From a virus (taxonomy: Duplodnaviria; Caudoviricetes): a stretch of DNA of 64,000 nt. Both the position numbers and the translations under genes were made by a program. Positions 26,649 through 36,619 of this stretch are shown here, in pieces. The notes under the pieces were generated by a model. It saw nothing but the letters and a program-made list of their open reading frames with translations, searched no databases and had not been told where the DNA came from. Within the stretch, counting starts at the first letter, position 1. The number at the start of each line of letters is the position of its first letter. Where the stretch lies: IMG/VR virus record IMGVR_UViG_3300034073_003276; one strand, 5' to 3'.

Positions 26649-26677
26649 ATTATAGCATCACTGCCCATAAACCGCAA
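26649..26677 (-). promoter_or_regulatory. sigma70-type promoter
   Basis: TTGCGG-17 nt-TATAAT. Confidence 0.65.
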
Positions 26678-26858
26678 GGTCTGCATATTCGATTTGGTCG
26701 GGGTCAAGATTCGCAGTCACAACTTCCAACACATTCATAAACTCTTGAACAGTCTCACATTCTACCATACGCTCACTTCCTTGGTCGCTGGTAAGAAGAA
26801 AAGTGCGGGTGCAGACATCAATCACAATACCTTTAACAGTCTCTTGTGTGGTGCTCAT
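26658..26858 (-). CDS. conserved cyanophage-type hypothetical protein
   Basis: 66 aa ORF behind a consensus promoter. Confidence 0.7.
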   Translation of the reverse strand: MSTTQETVKGIVIDVCTRTFLLTSDQGSERMVECETVQEFMNVLEVVTANLDPDQIEYADLAVYGQ

Positions 26859-26884
26859 TGGGGTGTTTCGTTGATTACCCCCAT

Positions 26885-26913
26885 ATTATAGGGGGTCTGG
26901 GTCCTGGTGTCAA
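26885..26913 (-). promoter_or_regulatory. perfect-consensus sigma70 promoter
   Basis: TTGACA-17 nt-TATAAT. Confidence 0.85.
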
Positions 26914-26920
26914 GGGGGTT

Positions 26921-27604
26921 TTAAGAATAATTTCTGATTGTAGTAATTGCTGTAGATATTCTTGTATTTTCTTGAGTTAAAATTCTAATAGTATAATTTC
27001 CAGCATATCTTTCAATTTCATAGTCAACTCTTTCTGTTCTTACATTATTGGATGAAGTAACTAAATCTGTTAGTTGATTTCTAAGTGTTGTAAGTTGACT
27101 TTGTTTTGCGGTAATAGAGGATGCAAAAGATACACAGTTTCCTGAAACACAAGGTATTCTGTAACAAGTTCCTATATCATCATAAAGAGTTCCAATTCCT
27201 GATTGTGAAGAATCATTTTGTGTATAAACTAAAAAAGTTCCAAATCCAACATTGCCAGAGCTAAGAAAAGCGACATTTACATCATATGGGGAGTCCCCGT
27301 CGTATGACTGCGTAGAAATATTATAACTATAATTTCTTACAGTATCTGGGTATATTGTGGATACTCCAACTCCAGTGGTGCCGCAACCGACAGCGTAAGC
27401 ATTTGTAGATAATCCAACAATCTCTGACTGAATAGTAACAATACTTGCTGCGATGGAAACAATTTGACTATCTACGGTGTTACATATTGGAGAAAACAAA
27501 TCAATATTTGTTTGTATTCCAGGTCTTCTCTCTGCAAGTACCTCTATAGAATCATTATTTCCTGATATTTTTCCTGATAATAAATTAGTAAGTTGCTCGC
27601 TCAT
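26921..27604 (-). CDS. putative structural / fibre-associated protein
   Basis: 227 aa, Ser/Thr-rich, in the late operon. Confidence 0.6.
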   Translation of the reverse strand: MSEQLTNLLSGKISGNNDSIEVLAERRPGIQTNIDLFSPICNTVDSQIVSIAASIVTIQSEIVGLSTNAYAVGCGTTGVGVSTIYPDTVRNYSYNISTQSYDGDSPYDVNVAFLSSGNVGFGTFLVYTQNDSSQSGIGTLYDDIGTCYRIPCVSGNCVSFASSITAKQSQLTTLRNQLTDLVTSSNNVRTERVDYEIERYAGNYTIRILTQENTRISTAITTIRNYS

Positions 27605-28308
27605 TTACTTTCTCCATTTTTTAAGTTTTCAATCTCTTTTCTAAGACTATCAATTTGTGTTTGTTGCTCTTTAATTGCTTCTACTAATACTGCAGTTAAG
27701 TGTTGATATGATACTCCTAGATTTCCATTTTCTTGTTGAGATACAACTTCTGGAATAACTTTATCTACTTCTTGTGCAATCAATCCTATCTGATGTTTTC
27801 TAAGATATCCGTAGTCTTTAGAATCTTTAAAATCATACTCAACACCATTTAATTTAGATACTTTTTCTAAAGCGTTTTTAATTGGTGAAATATTTTCTTT
27901 TAATTTTATGTCCGATGATGGGAGAGTGTCTGCTCTATTAATTCTAGATGCAACATCACCACAGTTAGCAAGAATTATTCTACCATTTACAATCACATTG
28001 CGATTTGCAATAACTGTATTGTTAAAAACAGATATTCCAGATATTGTTAAATTTCTAAATCCAAAGATACTTCCAGATACAAAAAGATTTGGAAGTTGTG
28101 CTTTTCTGTTTAATGGATTTAAAACTAAGTACGTATTACCACAAATAACTTTCTCACCAAGAGTTAGTGAATTGCTTTGGGAGATTAAATCTCCAGTAAT
28201 TCTCACATTTTGATTAAAGGTGCTATTATCGTGATAAAACTTTTCCTCTCCCCTTTGAGGTAATAAAGGAAATCCAATTAAACTGAATAGTGTATTAACT
28301 GCTGACAT
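27601..28308 (-). CDS. short fibre protein with peptidase S74 chaperone domain
   Basis: SDIKLKENI...LNGVEY.FK...GLIAQEV. Confidence 0.8.
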   Translation of the reverse strand: MSAVNTLFSLIGFPLLPQRGEEKFYHDNSTFNQNVRITGDLISQSNSLTLGEKVICGNTYLVLNPLNRKAQLPNLFVSGSIFGFRNLTISGISVFNNTVIANRNVIVNGRIILANCGDVASRINRADTLPSSDIKLKENISPIKNALEKVSKLNGVEYDFKDSKDYGYLRKHQIGLIAQEVDKVIPEVVSQQENGNLGVSYQHLTAVLVEAIKEQQTQIDSLRKEIENLKNGESK

Positions 28309-28865
28309 TATCCTACTCCCACAATAGATTTAATAGCACCAATTACATTTAGACCGCCAACAAATACATCAGTAATATATTCATTACCAACAGGAGAAAG
28401 TGCAAACGCTCTCTTACCAAATGTGTCAAGAATTGCGTTTCCAGTAAGTGCAACCTGGTCTATTTTGTTTGCTTTCTGAATAATTCTTCCAGATCCAGAA
28501 ACCATGTTAATATTTCTACCTGCTTTGAGATCTAAATCTTCGACTGCTTCAATCATCACGGTTTTTCCTTTAATCTTCACAGTTCCATTACTCATTGCAG
28601 TGATACAAATATCCCCACCCATTCCAGTGAGACAGATATCAACACTTCCTTCAGATCCTGTGTTTCCTGCAACGATTTCAATTCCTTTGTCATTTAAAAT
28701 TTTATAGGCACCAGTTTCAGTAAAGGTTTGCAAATGAACATCATTATCATTTGTATAGGCATACATATGATAAACAGATGTGCCATCTCCTCCCATTAAG
28801 GGATCATTGGTAGTAATTCTAAACTTAGGTCCTATACTAATATAATCTCTTGCTTCGTAATTCAT
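28308..28865 (-). CDS. baseplate spike-associated protein (resembles a gp5 C-terminal beta-helix)
   Basis: beta-rich repeats; immediately downstream of gp5. Confidence 0.5.
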   Translation of the reverse strand: MNYEARDYISIGPKFRITTNDPLMGGDGTSVYHMYAYTNDNDVHLQTFTETGAYKILNDKGIEIVAGNTGSEGSVDICLTGMGGDICITAMSNGTVKIKGKTVMIEAVEDLDLKAGRNINMVSGSGRIIQKANKIDQVALTGNAILDTFGKRAFALSPVGNEYITDVFVGGLNVIGAIKSIVGVG

Positions 28866-28866
28866 C

Positions 28867-30912
28867 TTATGTTGGGCAGTCTACTGATGTCTTAATACCT
28901 ACAAAATCTCCGACTAATCTTTGTGTTTCTGATGGTTGAGAAATGGACCCAAGAATCGGTTTTAATACAGCACCAAATCCAGTTTCAGAATTGATTGTAA
29001 TTACAGGAATGTCTGTAACTTCTAAAATATTTAGAGGAGTTGCTGAAAGTATTCTACCATTGTCAATGGTTAAACTATAAGTGTTTCCAAAATTATCAAT
29101 TGCAGTATCACCACTAGAGTAATTTAAACCTGCCGTCGGAACTTCAACATCAACAACACCATATGGGTCTTGATTCTGAACTACTGGATATCCTTCTCCA
29201 GAGGATGTCATATAAATTGCAGTCACTTCACCAGCATCATTTAAAACTGCTCTACCTTTTGCACCATATCCCAATCCACAACTATCAGAGAATTCAACAA
29301 ATGGTGAGAAACGATATCCAGATCCAGGATTTGTAACTACAGCACCAATAATATTTGCAGTCTGTGTTACATTATTAATTGTATTATTGATTGGAGATGG
29401 AACTCCAAGAATTGGAAATGCAGTTGCTCCAGATCCTCCTCCACCAAAAATATTAATCGTTGGAGATCCGCAAGTTGTTGGGAAAGTTGGAATACATTCT
29501 CCTAGACCATTAAGAGCATCTTGTAAAATATCATTTGAGAAAACATCTGCGATTCCTGCAACACCTTCAACTGCAGAAGTTACATCTCCTACAACACCTC
29601 CAATCGTATTTGCAATTTCGAAAATATTATTGAAAGATTCGAGTGGATCTAAACTGCTCTTTGGACCAACACCAATTATCCATTCCTTAGTTCCATCACA
29701 CTTTGTATTATTTTGATTGCAGTCAAATAGTCCTCCCAACCCAAGAATTGCATCTACAGTGCTGGTGACAAAATCAACAACACTGAATACGCCACCTAGA
29801 AGTGCAGATACACCATCTAAGGCAGCAGATAATCCGTCAGCAACAGCATCAACAATTGTATTGACTAAAGAACCAATAAATTGCTCTGCTACACAAGTTA
29901 CAAATCTATCCACATTTTCAAGAAGAGACTCTAATAATTGTACAATTATAGTAGTGAGACCTTCAACAATTGCATTTGTAACACAAGAAAGTGCTTCTTC
30001 TAAGATTTTAATTGGAATTACAAAAACTTCATTAGATTTATAACCAGCGGTGTGTGCTACAGCAGGATTTCCAGTTGCGGCAAAAACAGATCCATAAACA
30101 CTGATATATAATGCCTTCAATGCTTTTGGAATAATTCCAGGATTTTCTTCATCCCCAACTAAGAAATTATAAATTGAATCCATTATTCTACCGACTATCC
30201 AATTCACGGCAGATTTAATGACTTCAGCAGTATTCTGAATTGCTTGTTTATACTCTGCAATTTTTCCTTGTGTTTCTTGTATATCTTTAAGTAAGTTATT
30301 AACTTCAGATTTTATGGTCTTAATTGTTGTATCTTCACAAGTATCGGCAAATACAACTTCTCTTCCAATACCAGTATAAGCAGATATTTCTCTAAGTCTT
30401 GCTGCTACTTCTGGAGGAACTGCTCTTGGAGTCTTTTGAGATTCTCTTGTAGATTCATTTGTTTGATCTGCATAATTTCTTCCACTTGGTCCAGGATTTT
30501 TAATATTAGTTGTAAATCCTGTAAAAGGTTGAAATGGATTAGTATATCCAGAAGTAGACCACTCACTTGTGTGTCCAAGTGCTCCCATAATAACTGGGAT
30601 TTGTGCATTATCACCATCTAAGAAAAATCCAATGACCATATCACCTGGTCTTATTTTTGGATTTACAGCATATTTTGCAGCACCACTTCCTGTAGTGGTT
30701 GGAAACATCACTTGTGCCCAAGGAAGATCATCATTTGATAGTTCTGCTACATCTAAAGGATGATAACCAAGTATTCTAACCTTATATCTATATCCCCATC
30801 CACCACCATTTGCTTGCTCTTCCCACGCTTCTATAGGTGCAATTTGCCCTAACCACCAACGGAAACCATCTCTACCTATAAAATGACTTTTAAGAAGTGA
30901 TTCGTCTATCAT
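28867..30912 (-). CDS. gp5: baseplate hub / central spike protein gp5-like
   Basis: FIGRDGFRWWLGQI, RYKVRILGYH, LPWA.V..P, V.GFFLDGDNAQ.P.I.G OB-fold motifs. Confidence 0.85.
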   Translation of the reverse strand: MIDESLLKSHFIGRDGFRWWLGQIAPIEAWEEQANGGGWGYRYKVRILGYHPLDVAELSNDDLPWAQVMFPTTTGSGAAKYAVNPKIRPGDMVIGFFLDGDNAQIPVIMGALGHTSEWSTSGYTNPFQPFTGFTTNIKNPGPSGRNYADQTNESTRESQKTPRAVPPEVAARLREISAYTGIGREVVFADTCEDTTIKTIKSEVNNLLKDIQETQGKIAEYKQAIQNTAEVIKSAVNWIVGRIMDSIYNFLVGDEENPGIIPKALKALYISVYGSVFAATGNPAVAHTAGYKSNEVFVIPIKILEEALSCVTNAIVEGLTTIIVQLLESLLENVDRFVTCVAEQFIGSLVNTIVDAVADGLSAALDGVSALLGGVFSVVDFVTSTVDAILGLGGLFDCNQNNTKCDGTKEWIIGVGPKSSLDPLESFNNIFEIANTIGGVVGDVTSAVEGVAGIADVFSNDILQDALNGLGECIPTFPTTCGSPTINIFGGGGSGATAFPILGVPSPINNTINNVTQTANIIGAVVTNPGSGYRFSPFVEFSDSCGLGYGAKGRAVLNDAGEVTAIYMTSSGEGYPVVQNQDPYGVVDVEVPTAGLNYSSGDTAIDNFGNTYSLTIDNGRILSATPLNILEVTDIPVITINSETGFGAVLKPILGSISQPSETQRLVGDFVGIKTSVDCPT

Positions 30913-30915
30913 TTA

Positions 30916-32265
30916 TTATGCCTTTTTGTTGATTCCGAAAGTATCTCTAATTAATTTCATAGATGTATATGAATTATTTGCATCAAAGTGATGACACAAT
31001 TCCTTAATCATATATAGACCACTAGTTTCAGTGTCATATTCTTTTTCATCAGCTTGTGTGATTTTAGGGAATTGACATTCTACAACATCACCTGCTCTCA
31101 AGTTAGTATTCGAAGGAACTACAACATTTAATGTCTGAGTGAATAGACTATTGTATCTCATTAAAGATTGTGATTGATACTCTGTAGGATCTGCATTCAC
31201 ATCGGTTGAGATATCAGAGTTTAAGGTGCCGACATCAAGAATTCCAGTAATAATTCTTGTTGGTGTGTCACCTAGAGTTTTTTCACTTCCTTCAGATAAT
31301 GGCGGAAGTTTAATTTTACTGCCAAGATTACTTGTCTTATCGGAATAATTTTGAAACTTGAAAACATCTTGTCCAGGACCTGTTATTGATCCGTTTAAAG
31401 GATTGAAAAATATTCTTTGACTGGCATATGTTCCTAGTTTTAACTTTTCAAGTAAGTTTTGATTCTTTTCAACATAATAGTTAAGGATATTGAAATTGTT
31501 GTTTACCTTATTATTATTTTCATCATATGCCTGATTGACTTGATTATATGTAAATACGACTCTATTATCATTTGTGTCGGTTCTAGGCTCCTGATTAATT
31601 AAGTCATCAATTGACCTAAACTGAAATCCATCCTGAGTTTGATAGAATAAAAATCCAGCAGTTGCACTTCCAGAAGATTCAGGAACTGCTTTTGATGCCA
31701 ACCAAACTAAAACCGTAAAAGGTTTTCTCATATTTCCAATAAATCCATACTTATTTGAAGACTTATTAATAGTTCCTATTCTATTTGTCTTAAGGTAATT
31801 TTTTAAGATGTCTTCTACAGAATCACTAATAGAATTATCAACCTTAAACTTTTTACCCACTCTCACAGTTTCATTGGTAATCGCTTCTCTTGAAACTAGA
31901 TGAAGAGTAAAACTTTCTTGATTTGTCTCCGAGATTACATCACTGATACTTGAAACATAAAAATAATCTTCTACTCTTTTAGAAAAATCCAATCCAGGAT
32001 TAGTTTCTGAGTTTCCTGCAATCTTCATTAAAACTCTTTCACCACCTCTTAAAGGAAGACCATTGTAAATTGATTGCCTTCCTGTGCCACCTTCTGCAAC
32101 AATTGTGTTTCCTGTGTTGATAACCTTAACTTTCGCTGTGATTGTTGGTGAAAAAATATCCTCATAATAGTCAATCGCAATCGCACCTGTTGAGATGTCA
32201 ATCGTCCTACTACGATCGCTTGACTCTAAAACTAACTGCTCGTAAATGGACTTTTGAATTGACAT
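30916..32265 (-). CDS. baseplate hub protein (gp27-like by position)
   Basis: YYEDIFSPTITA, FLFYQTQDGF.F.SID and LRAGDVV.C.FP motifs; sits upstream of gp5. Confidence 0.6.
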   Translation of the reverse strand: MSIQKSIYEQLVLESSDRSRTIDISTGAIAIDYYEDIFSPTITAKVKVINTGNTIVAEGGTGRQSIYNGLPLRGGERVLMKIAGNSETNPGLDFSKRVEDYFYVSSISDVISETNQESFTLHLVSREAITNETVRVGKKFKVDNSISDSVEDILKNYLKTNRIGTINKSSNKYGFIGNMRKPFTVLVWLASKAVPESSGSATAGFLFYQTQDGFQFRSIDDLINQEPRTDTNDNRVVFTYNQVNQAYDENNNKVNNNFNILNYYVEKNQNLLEKLKLGTYASQRIFFNPLNGSITGPGQDVFKFQNYSDKTSNLGSKIKLPPLSEGSEKTLGDTPTRIITGILDVGTLNSDISTDVNADPTEYQSQSLMRYNSLFTQTLNVVVPSNTNLRAGDVVECQFPKITQADEKEYDTETSGLYMIKELCHHFDANNSYTSMKLIRDTFGINKKA

Positions 32266-34187
32266 TATAGGTAAGCTAGATCCAGGAGAAGTTTATTCTT
32301 GATAAAGTTATTTAACAAGTCAAAATCACTGATTGGAGAAGGTGCTGCTCCCCCACCACTTGCAGCAGGAGTAATAATATTTTGCTGTTGTCTTGGTTGG
32401 TCTACAATTATAATGTCTTGCCCTCTTCTTTCTGGAGTAAGCGCAGAAGGAACTGTTTGTGACTGTTGAGGCGCTGCTGCGATTTGTGCTGGTGTTGCTG
32501 ATACAACTCCAGGTCCAGGTTGAGTATTAAATGGGGCAAACTTACTATATCTACTGAGAGCATCAAATCTTCCTGTTACTTGCCCCCCATTCCATCCAGT
32601 TCCAGCCTCCCAATGTAAATGAGGTCCGGATGTTCTACCAGTCATACCAACTTTTCCTATCACCTCACCCTTTTTAACTGGACCTCCCCTTTTATATCCC
32701 GATTGCATATGACCATACAAGTGATAAATTCCACGATCATCTTTCATTACTAGAAAGTTTCCCCAACCTTTTTCAAAATCAGAATCGACAATAACACCGT
32801 CAGAAATTGCTCTTAATGGTGTTCCCATTTTAACTTGCAAATCAACTCCTTTATGTCCCCTTCCAGCACCAAGTCTATCACCAATTGTTGGATTCACATT
32901 TCCAACAGGAACTTGTTGTATTTGCGATTCTTGTTTTGATGGTTGAAGTTGAGCAGGACCTCCCCTTCTTTGTTTATCAAGAACACTTGCTGCTGCTTCT
33001 GGTGAAATACTAGCTTTATTTCTGCCAATACCAGCATACCTAGATTGCCCACGAACTCTGCCTGCTTCTGGATATTCTAGACCAACTGAAGCAAATTCTC
33101 TTGCCAATTGTTGAACAGCTGTTCTTCTATCATTTGATTTCCCATTAATGTATGCACCAATTTCCGGTCTTTTAACATCAATTAAGTAATCAAAGAGTCT
33201 GTTTTGAGTTGCAGAGTTAAATTTAGCATTTAATGGAATTTTGGTATATTTGACAGCACCAGATAAAGTGGAAGGAATAAATTGATATTTACCAACTGCA
33301 ACAACTCTACCTTGTCTTTGAGCTTGCATAATTTCACCAACTGTCATATCAGTTAGGTTTTTACCAAAAATAGATTTCGCACCACCTGGAGTATCGCCAG
33401 CATTGCCCCTATTAACTGAATTAATTCCACCTTCACCTTTTACAACTAAGGATGCTAACTCTGGGTATTTTGTTCCCCCAGAAGAAGGAGCACTACCACT
33501 ATAAGGAGGTGGTTCTTGATAGGCACCTTGATCGGTTTGTTGTGTTCCTGTTTCAGGAATTTCTTCACCACTATACTTACCTTCTGTAAGTGGTGTTGTT
33601 AATAAACTAAACGCTTCTTCAATTTGTCCAGTTAGACTTCCCATAGTGCTATTCAATTCACTCATCGAATTTTTCACACGATTTGATGTATCAAAGAAAT
33701 CAAACTGCAATAAGTTTTGCCCTAAAGAACTTAAAAGACTTCCAACCCCAGTAAACAGTTTAATTGTATTATTGAAAAATCCGGATACAATCTCACCCGC
33801 TTTCTGAATTCTTGCAATAAACTCTTTACCCATTGCAATCCAGGTTGGAAGATTATTCATCAACCAACCAGCAGCAAGATAACCAAGAAATCCTAAAATT
33901 CTGTTAAAAAATCCTTTAGCGCCAGTTTTTTCTACTAACTGTTGAGCGCCTGTTGGAATAGCAGCAACTCTAGGCGCTTCAAGTTCATCCTCAAGCATCA
34001 TTCTCTTTTCACTTTCTTCTCTTCTTTTTCTGAAGAGATTTGTTTGGGCAAATGCTTCTCTCTTAACCTTAGTTCTCTTTAGAATGACTTGCCCTATGTT
34101 TTTTATGCCCTCTCTACCTTGAGCAACTCCCTTCTTAGATTCATTTGCTGTAAAAATTACTCTTCTAACTGGTGCTGATACTGCCAT
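32265..34187 (-). CDS. virion protein with lysozyme-like and M23 peptidase domains
   Basis: AVGKYQFIP.TL lysozyme-like motif; HKGVDL and GPHLHWE M23 motifs. Confidence 0.8.
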   Translation of the reverse strand: MAVSAPVRRVIFTANESKKGVAQGREGIKNIGQVILKRTKVKREAFAQTNLFRKRREESEKRMMLEDELEAPRVAAIPTGAQQLVEKTGAKGFFNRILGFLGYLAAGWLMNNLPTWIAMGKEFIARIQKAGEIVSGFFNNTIKLFTGVGSLLSSLGQNLLQFDFFDTSNRVKNSMSELNSTMGSLTGQIEEAFSLLTTPLTEGKYSGEEIPETGTQQTDQGAYQEPPPYSGSAPSSGGTKYPELASLVVKGEGGINSVNRGNAGDTPGGAKSIFGKNLTDMTVGEIMQAQRQGRVVAVGKYQFIPSTLSGAVKYTKIPLNAKFNSATQNRLFDYLIDVKRPEIGAYINGKSNDRRTAVQQLAREFASVGLEYPEAGRVRGQSRYAGIGRNKASISPEAAASVLDKQRRGGPAQLQPSKQESQIQQVPVGNVNPTIGDRLGAGRGHKGVDLQVKMGTPLRAISDGVIVDSDFEKGWGNFLVMKDDRGIYHLYGHMQSGYKRGGPVKKGEVIGKVGMTGRTSGPHLHWEAGTGWNGGQVTGRFDALSRYSKFAPFNTQPGPGVVSATPAQIAAAPQQSQTVPSALTPERRGQDIIIVDQPRQQQNIITPAASGGGAAPSPISDFDLLNNFIKNKLLLDLAYL

Positions 34188-34188
34188 A

Positions 34189-35838
34189 TTACATCACCAC
34201 ATTGTAGTTAAGTTGTGAGTAGAGCACATAGAAATTATCAGTGTTTGAAGATGGTATAAATGGCACATCAGTTAAAGGTTCTTGTTGAGAAACCATTGTC
34301 TGGGTTCTATCTTTTCCACCACCTGCCATAATAATATTTGGTTTTGCTTCAGGTAAAGTGCCAACAGGTGTATTTGGTTTTGGCGGTGCTTGAATATCTG
34401 CAGCAGGTGCTTTTTCTTGAAGTAAACCTTCAAGATTTACTGTGCCATATGGAGGTGCTGTTTCTTGTGTTGGTGATTGTGCTGGACCTTGTAGCATATT
34501 TGCAGTATCTACCCCAAATGTCATTTCAGACATTGATGGTATTGCAGGTGTTTGTGGTTGTGATGGTGCTGCTACTTGTGCTGCTGGTGGTGCTGGAGTT
34601 GCTGCTGGTTGTGCGGATGGCTGTGCTGCTGTTGGTGTTGGTTGGTCTTCTTTTTTGCCAAAGAATGTGCCCTTTCCAAATCCAAATTCTCTTGCTACAT
34701 CCAATCCAGCAAATCCTAATCCAATACCAGGAATTGCAGATCCATAAGATAATAAACCACCAACAATGTCTCCTTGCGAAATTCTATAAGTTCCAACACC
34801 AATTGCCAATGGAGTAAGAATTTTAGAAGCAATACTACCAGTACCCTTTAAAAAACTCCGAGCGCCCTTTCCTATATTATTAACGCCTCCCAAAAATCTT
34901 GACATTGGACTACCTGCACCCAATACCTTTCCACCACTGGTAGTAATAGGTACTCTTCCACCGGGTCTTGTAATTGTTTTTGCTGCGTTAGCACCAAACC
35001 CAAGTAGTCTTCCAATTGCAGCACCTGCTAATCTAAACGGTGCCAGAGCGATTCTAGCAACAAAACTTGCCAACTTAAGAGTCAATCCAGTAATGGTTCT
35101 CATTAAGAGACCGAATCCTAGATTTACAGCAGCAAAAGCACCTATTGCAAATAATACATTCTTAATGACATTGTTTTTAATCTCTTCAAGTTTCTTAGTA
35201 TCACCTTCAGCAAGTGCTTTTAGGGTTTCAATCCCCTGATTTGTCAACCATCCAAAGAATAATGTCGTCAAGGCACCCATTATTCGGTCAAAAAGACTTG
35301 TAACCGTTTGCTGAAGTTTAGCAATCGGTCTCATTAATGCTGCTTGAATATTTTTCTCTAATTCACTTTCCTTCCCAAGACGAACTTTACGCTCTGCTAA
35401 TCTTCTTTCTGCTTCTTGTTCTTGTTTAAGTTGATTCTGCTCTAAAGCACTTTCTGCTTGAAGTTGTTTTGCAGTGTTTTGAATTCCTTGATTTAATTCA
35501 GTTACTTGTACGCGAATAACATCAAGACTCTGCTGAAGACCTCCAATTGATTGTGCGTTTGTTTGTATTTGTAATGTCTGTGCCCTATCTACTAAACTTG
35601 TTTGTGGTCTTACTACAATCGCAGATCCTGCAGCAACTGCTCCTCCGCCACCTGCTCCACCGCCAGCGGTACCACCCCCACCACCTGCTACTGTACGACC
35701 ACCAAAAACTGATCTTGGTAATGTAGTGATTCTACCAAGAGAAAATTTTTGTAGGGTAATTCTTTCCGAGCTGGTATAGTAACCACCACTTGGCTTTTCG
35801 CCTGTTTGTGCTCTTAAACCAGCTTCTGCCCTATCCAT
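34189..35838 (-). CDS. tape-measure-like / baseplate hub-associated protein
   Basis: 549 aa, coiled coil plus Ala/Gly-rich amphipathic segments; position downstream of gp51. Confidence 0.55.
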   Translation of the reverse strand: MDRAEAGLRAQTGEKPSGGYYTSSERITLQKFSLGRITTLPRSVFGGRTVAGGGGGTAGGGAGGGGAVAAGSAIVVRPQTSLVDRAQTLQIQTNAQSIGGLQQSLDVIRVQVTELNQGIQNTAKQLQAESALEQNQLKQEQEAERRLAERKVRLGKESELEKNIQAALMRPIAKLQQTVTSLFDRIMGALTTLFFGWLTNQGIETLKALAEGDTKKLEEIKNNVIKNVLFAIGAFAAVNLGFGLLMRTITGLTLKLASFVARIALAPFRLAGAAIGRLLGFGANAAKTITRPGGRVPITTSGGKVLGAGSPMSRFLGGVNNIGKGARSFLKGTGSIASKILTPLAIGVGTYRISQGDIVGGLLSYGSAIPGIGLGFAGLDVAREFGFGKGTFFGKKEDQPTPTAAQPSAQPAATPAPPAAQVAAPSQPQTPAIPSMSEMTFGVDTANMLQGPAQSPTQETAPPYGTVNLEGLLQEKAPAADIQAPPKPNTPVGTLPEAKPNIIMAGGGKDRTQTMVSQQEPLTDVPFIPSSNTDNFYVLYSQLNYNVVM

Positions 35839-35872
35839 TCGATTGATTCTTCAGGGTTTCTTCTTCAATATA
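35831..35872 (-). pseudogene. remnant of the original gp51 3' end (YIEEETLKNQSNG*)
   Basis: parallels the current gp51 end YIEEENLKNNQNS*; its stop overlaps the ATG of the next gene. Confidence 0.65.
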
Positions 35873-35886
35873 AGTTATTTATTTGA

Positions 35887-35985
35887 TAAATATGAATACC
35901 TGATCTGGTGGTTCTTTTCAGGTTGGGATAAAGCACCTTTGGGTGCTTTTCCTGTATAAATAGCAATAACCACCAGATTAGAGTA
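35887..35985 (+). promoter_or_regulatory. homing-endonuclease control module (second instance)
   Basis: TAAATA 35887-35892; arm 35901-35913; hairpin 35930-35949; TATAAATA 35955-35962; complementary arm 35968-35980. Confidence 0.75.
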
Positions 35986-35988
35986 ACA

Positions 35989-36618
35989 ATGAAAAATCTT
36001 AAAAGATTTTACACTTACGCATATTTGCGTGAAAACAAAACACCATATTATATTGGTAAAGGAAGTAATAATAGACTGCACAAAAGAAAAAAGAGTGATG
36101 TAAAGCCTCCAAAAGATAAATCTAGAATAATAATATTAAAACAAAATCTCACAGAAAAAGAAGCATTTAATCACGAAGAATATATGATTTATGTCTTTGG
36201 TAGAAAAGATTTAGGCACAGGTATTCTTCTTAATAAAACAAGCGGGGGCGAAGGATCAAGTGGTGCCATTCGTTCTTTAGAATTTAAATTAAATTTGAGT
36301 GAAATAAACAAAAATAAAATTCTCTCAAAGGAGCATAAAGAAAAAATAGGCAATGCACAGAAAGGAGAAAAAAATCATAATTATGGAAAATCTGCATCCA
36401 AAGAAACCAGAGAAAAAATGAGTAATGCACAATTAGGCGAAAAACATCCTAGGGCAAACTGGTGGAAACTTACTTTCTCAAATGGAAACACGATAGAAAT
36501 ATGTGGATTGCCTAGTTGGGCAAAGGAAAATAATTATAGTTGTGGAAATATTCATATGGTTTATCTAGGAAATAGAAAAAAACATAAAGACATTATAAAA
36601 GTTGAAAAAATAAGATAA
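35989..36618 (+). CDS. GIY-YIG homing endonuclease with NUMOD3-like repeats, inverted relative to its operon
   Basis: FYTYAYLRE..TPYYIGKG...R; LLNKTSGGEG; HKEKIGNAQKGEKN. Confidence 0.85.
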   Translation: MKNLKRFYTYAYLRENKTPYYIGKGSNNRLHKRKKSDVKPPKDKSRIIILKQNLTEKEAFNHEEYMIYVFGRKDLGTGILLNKTSGGEGSSGAIRSLEFKLNLSEINKNKILSKEHKEKIGNAQKGEKNHNYGKSASKETREKMSNAQLGEKHPRANWWKLTFSNGNTIEICGLPSWAKENNYSCGNIHMVYLGNRKKHKDIIKVEKIR

Positions 36619-36619
36619 T

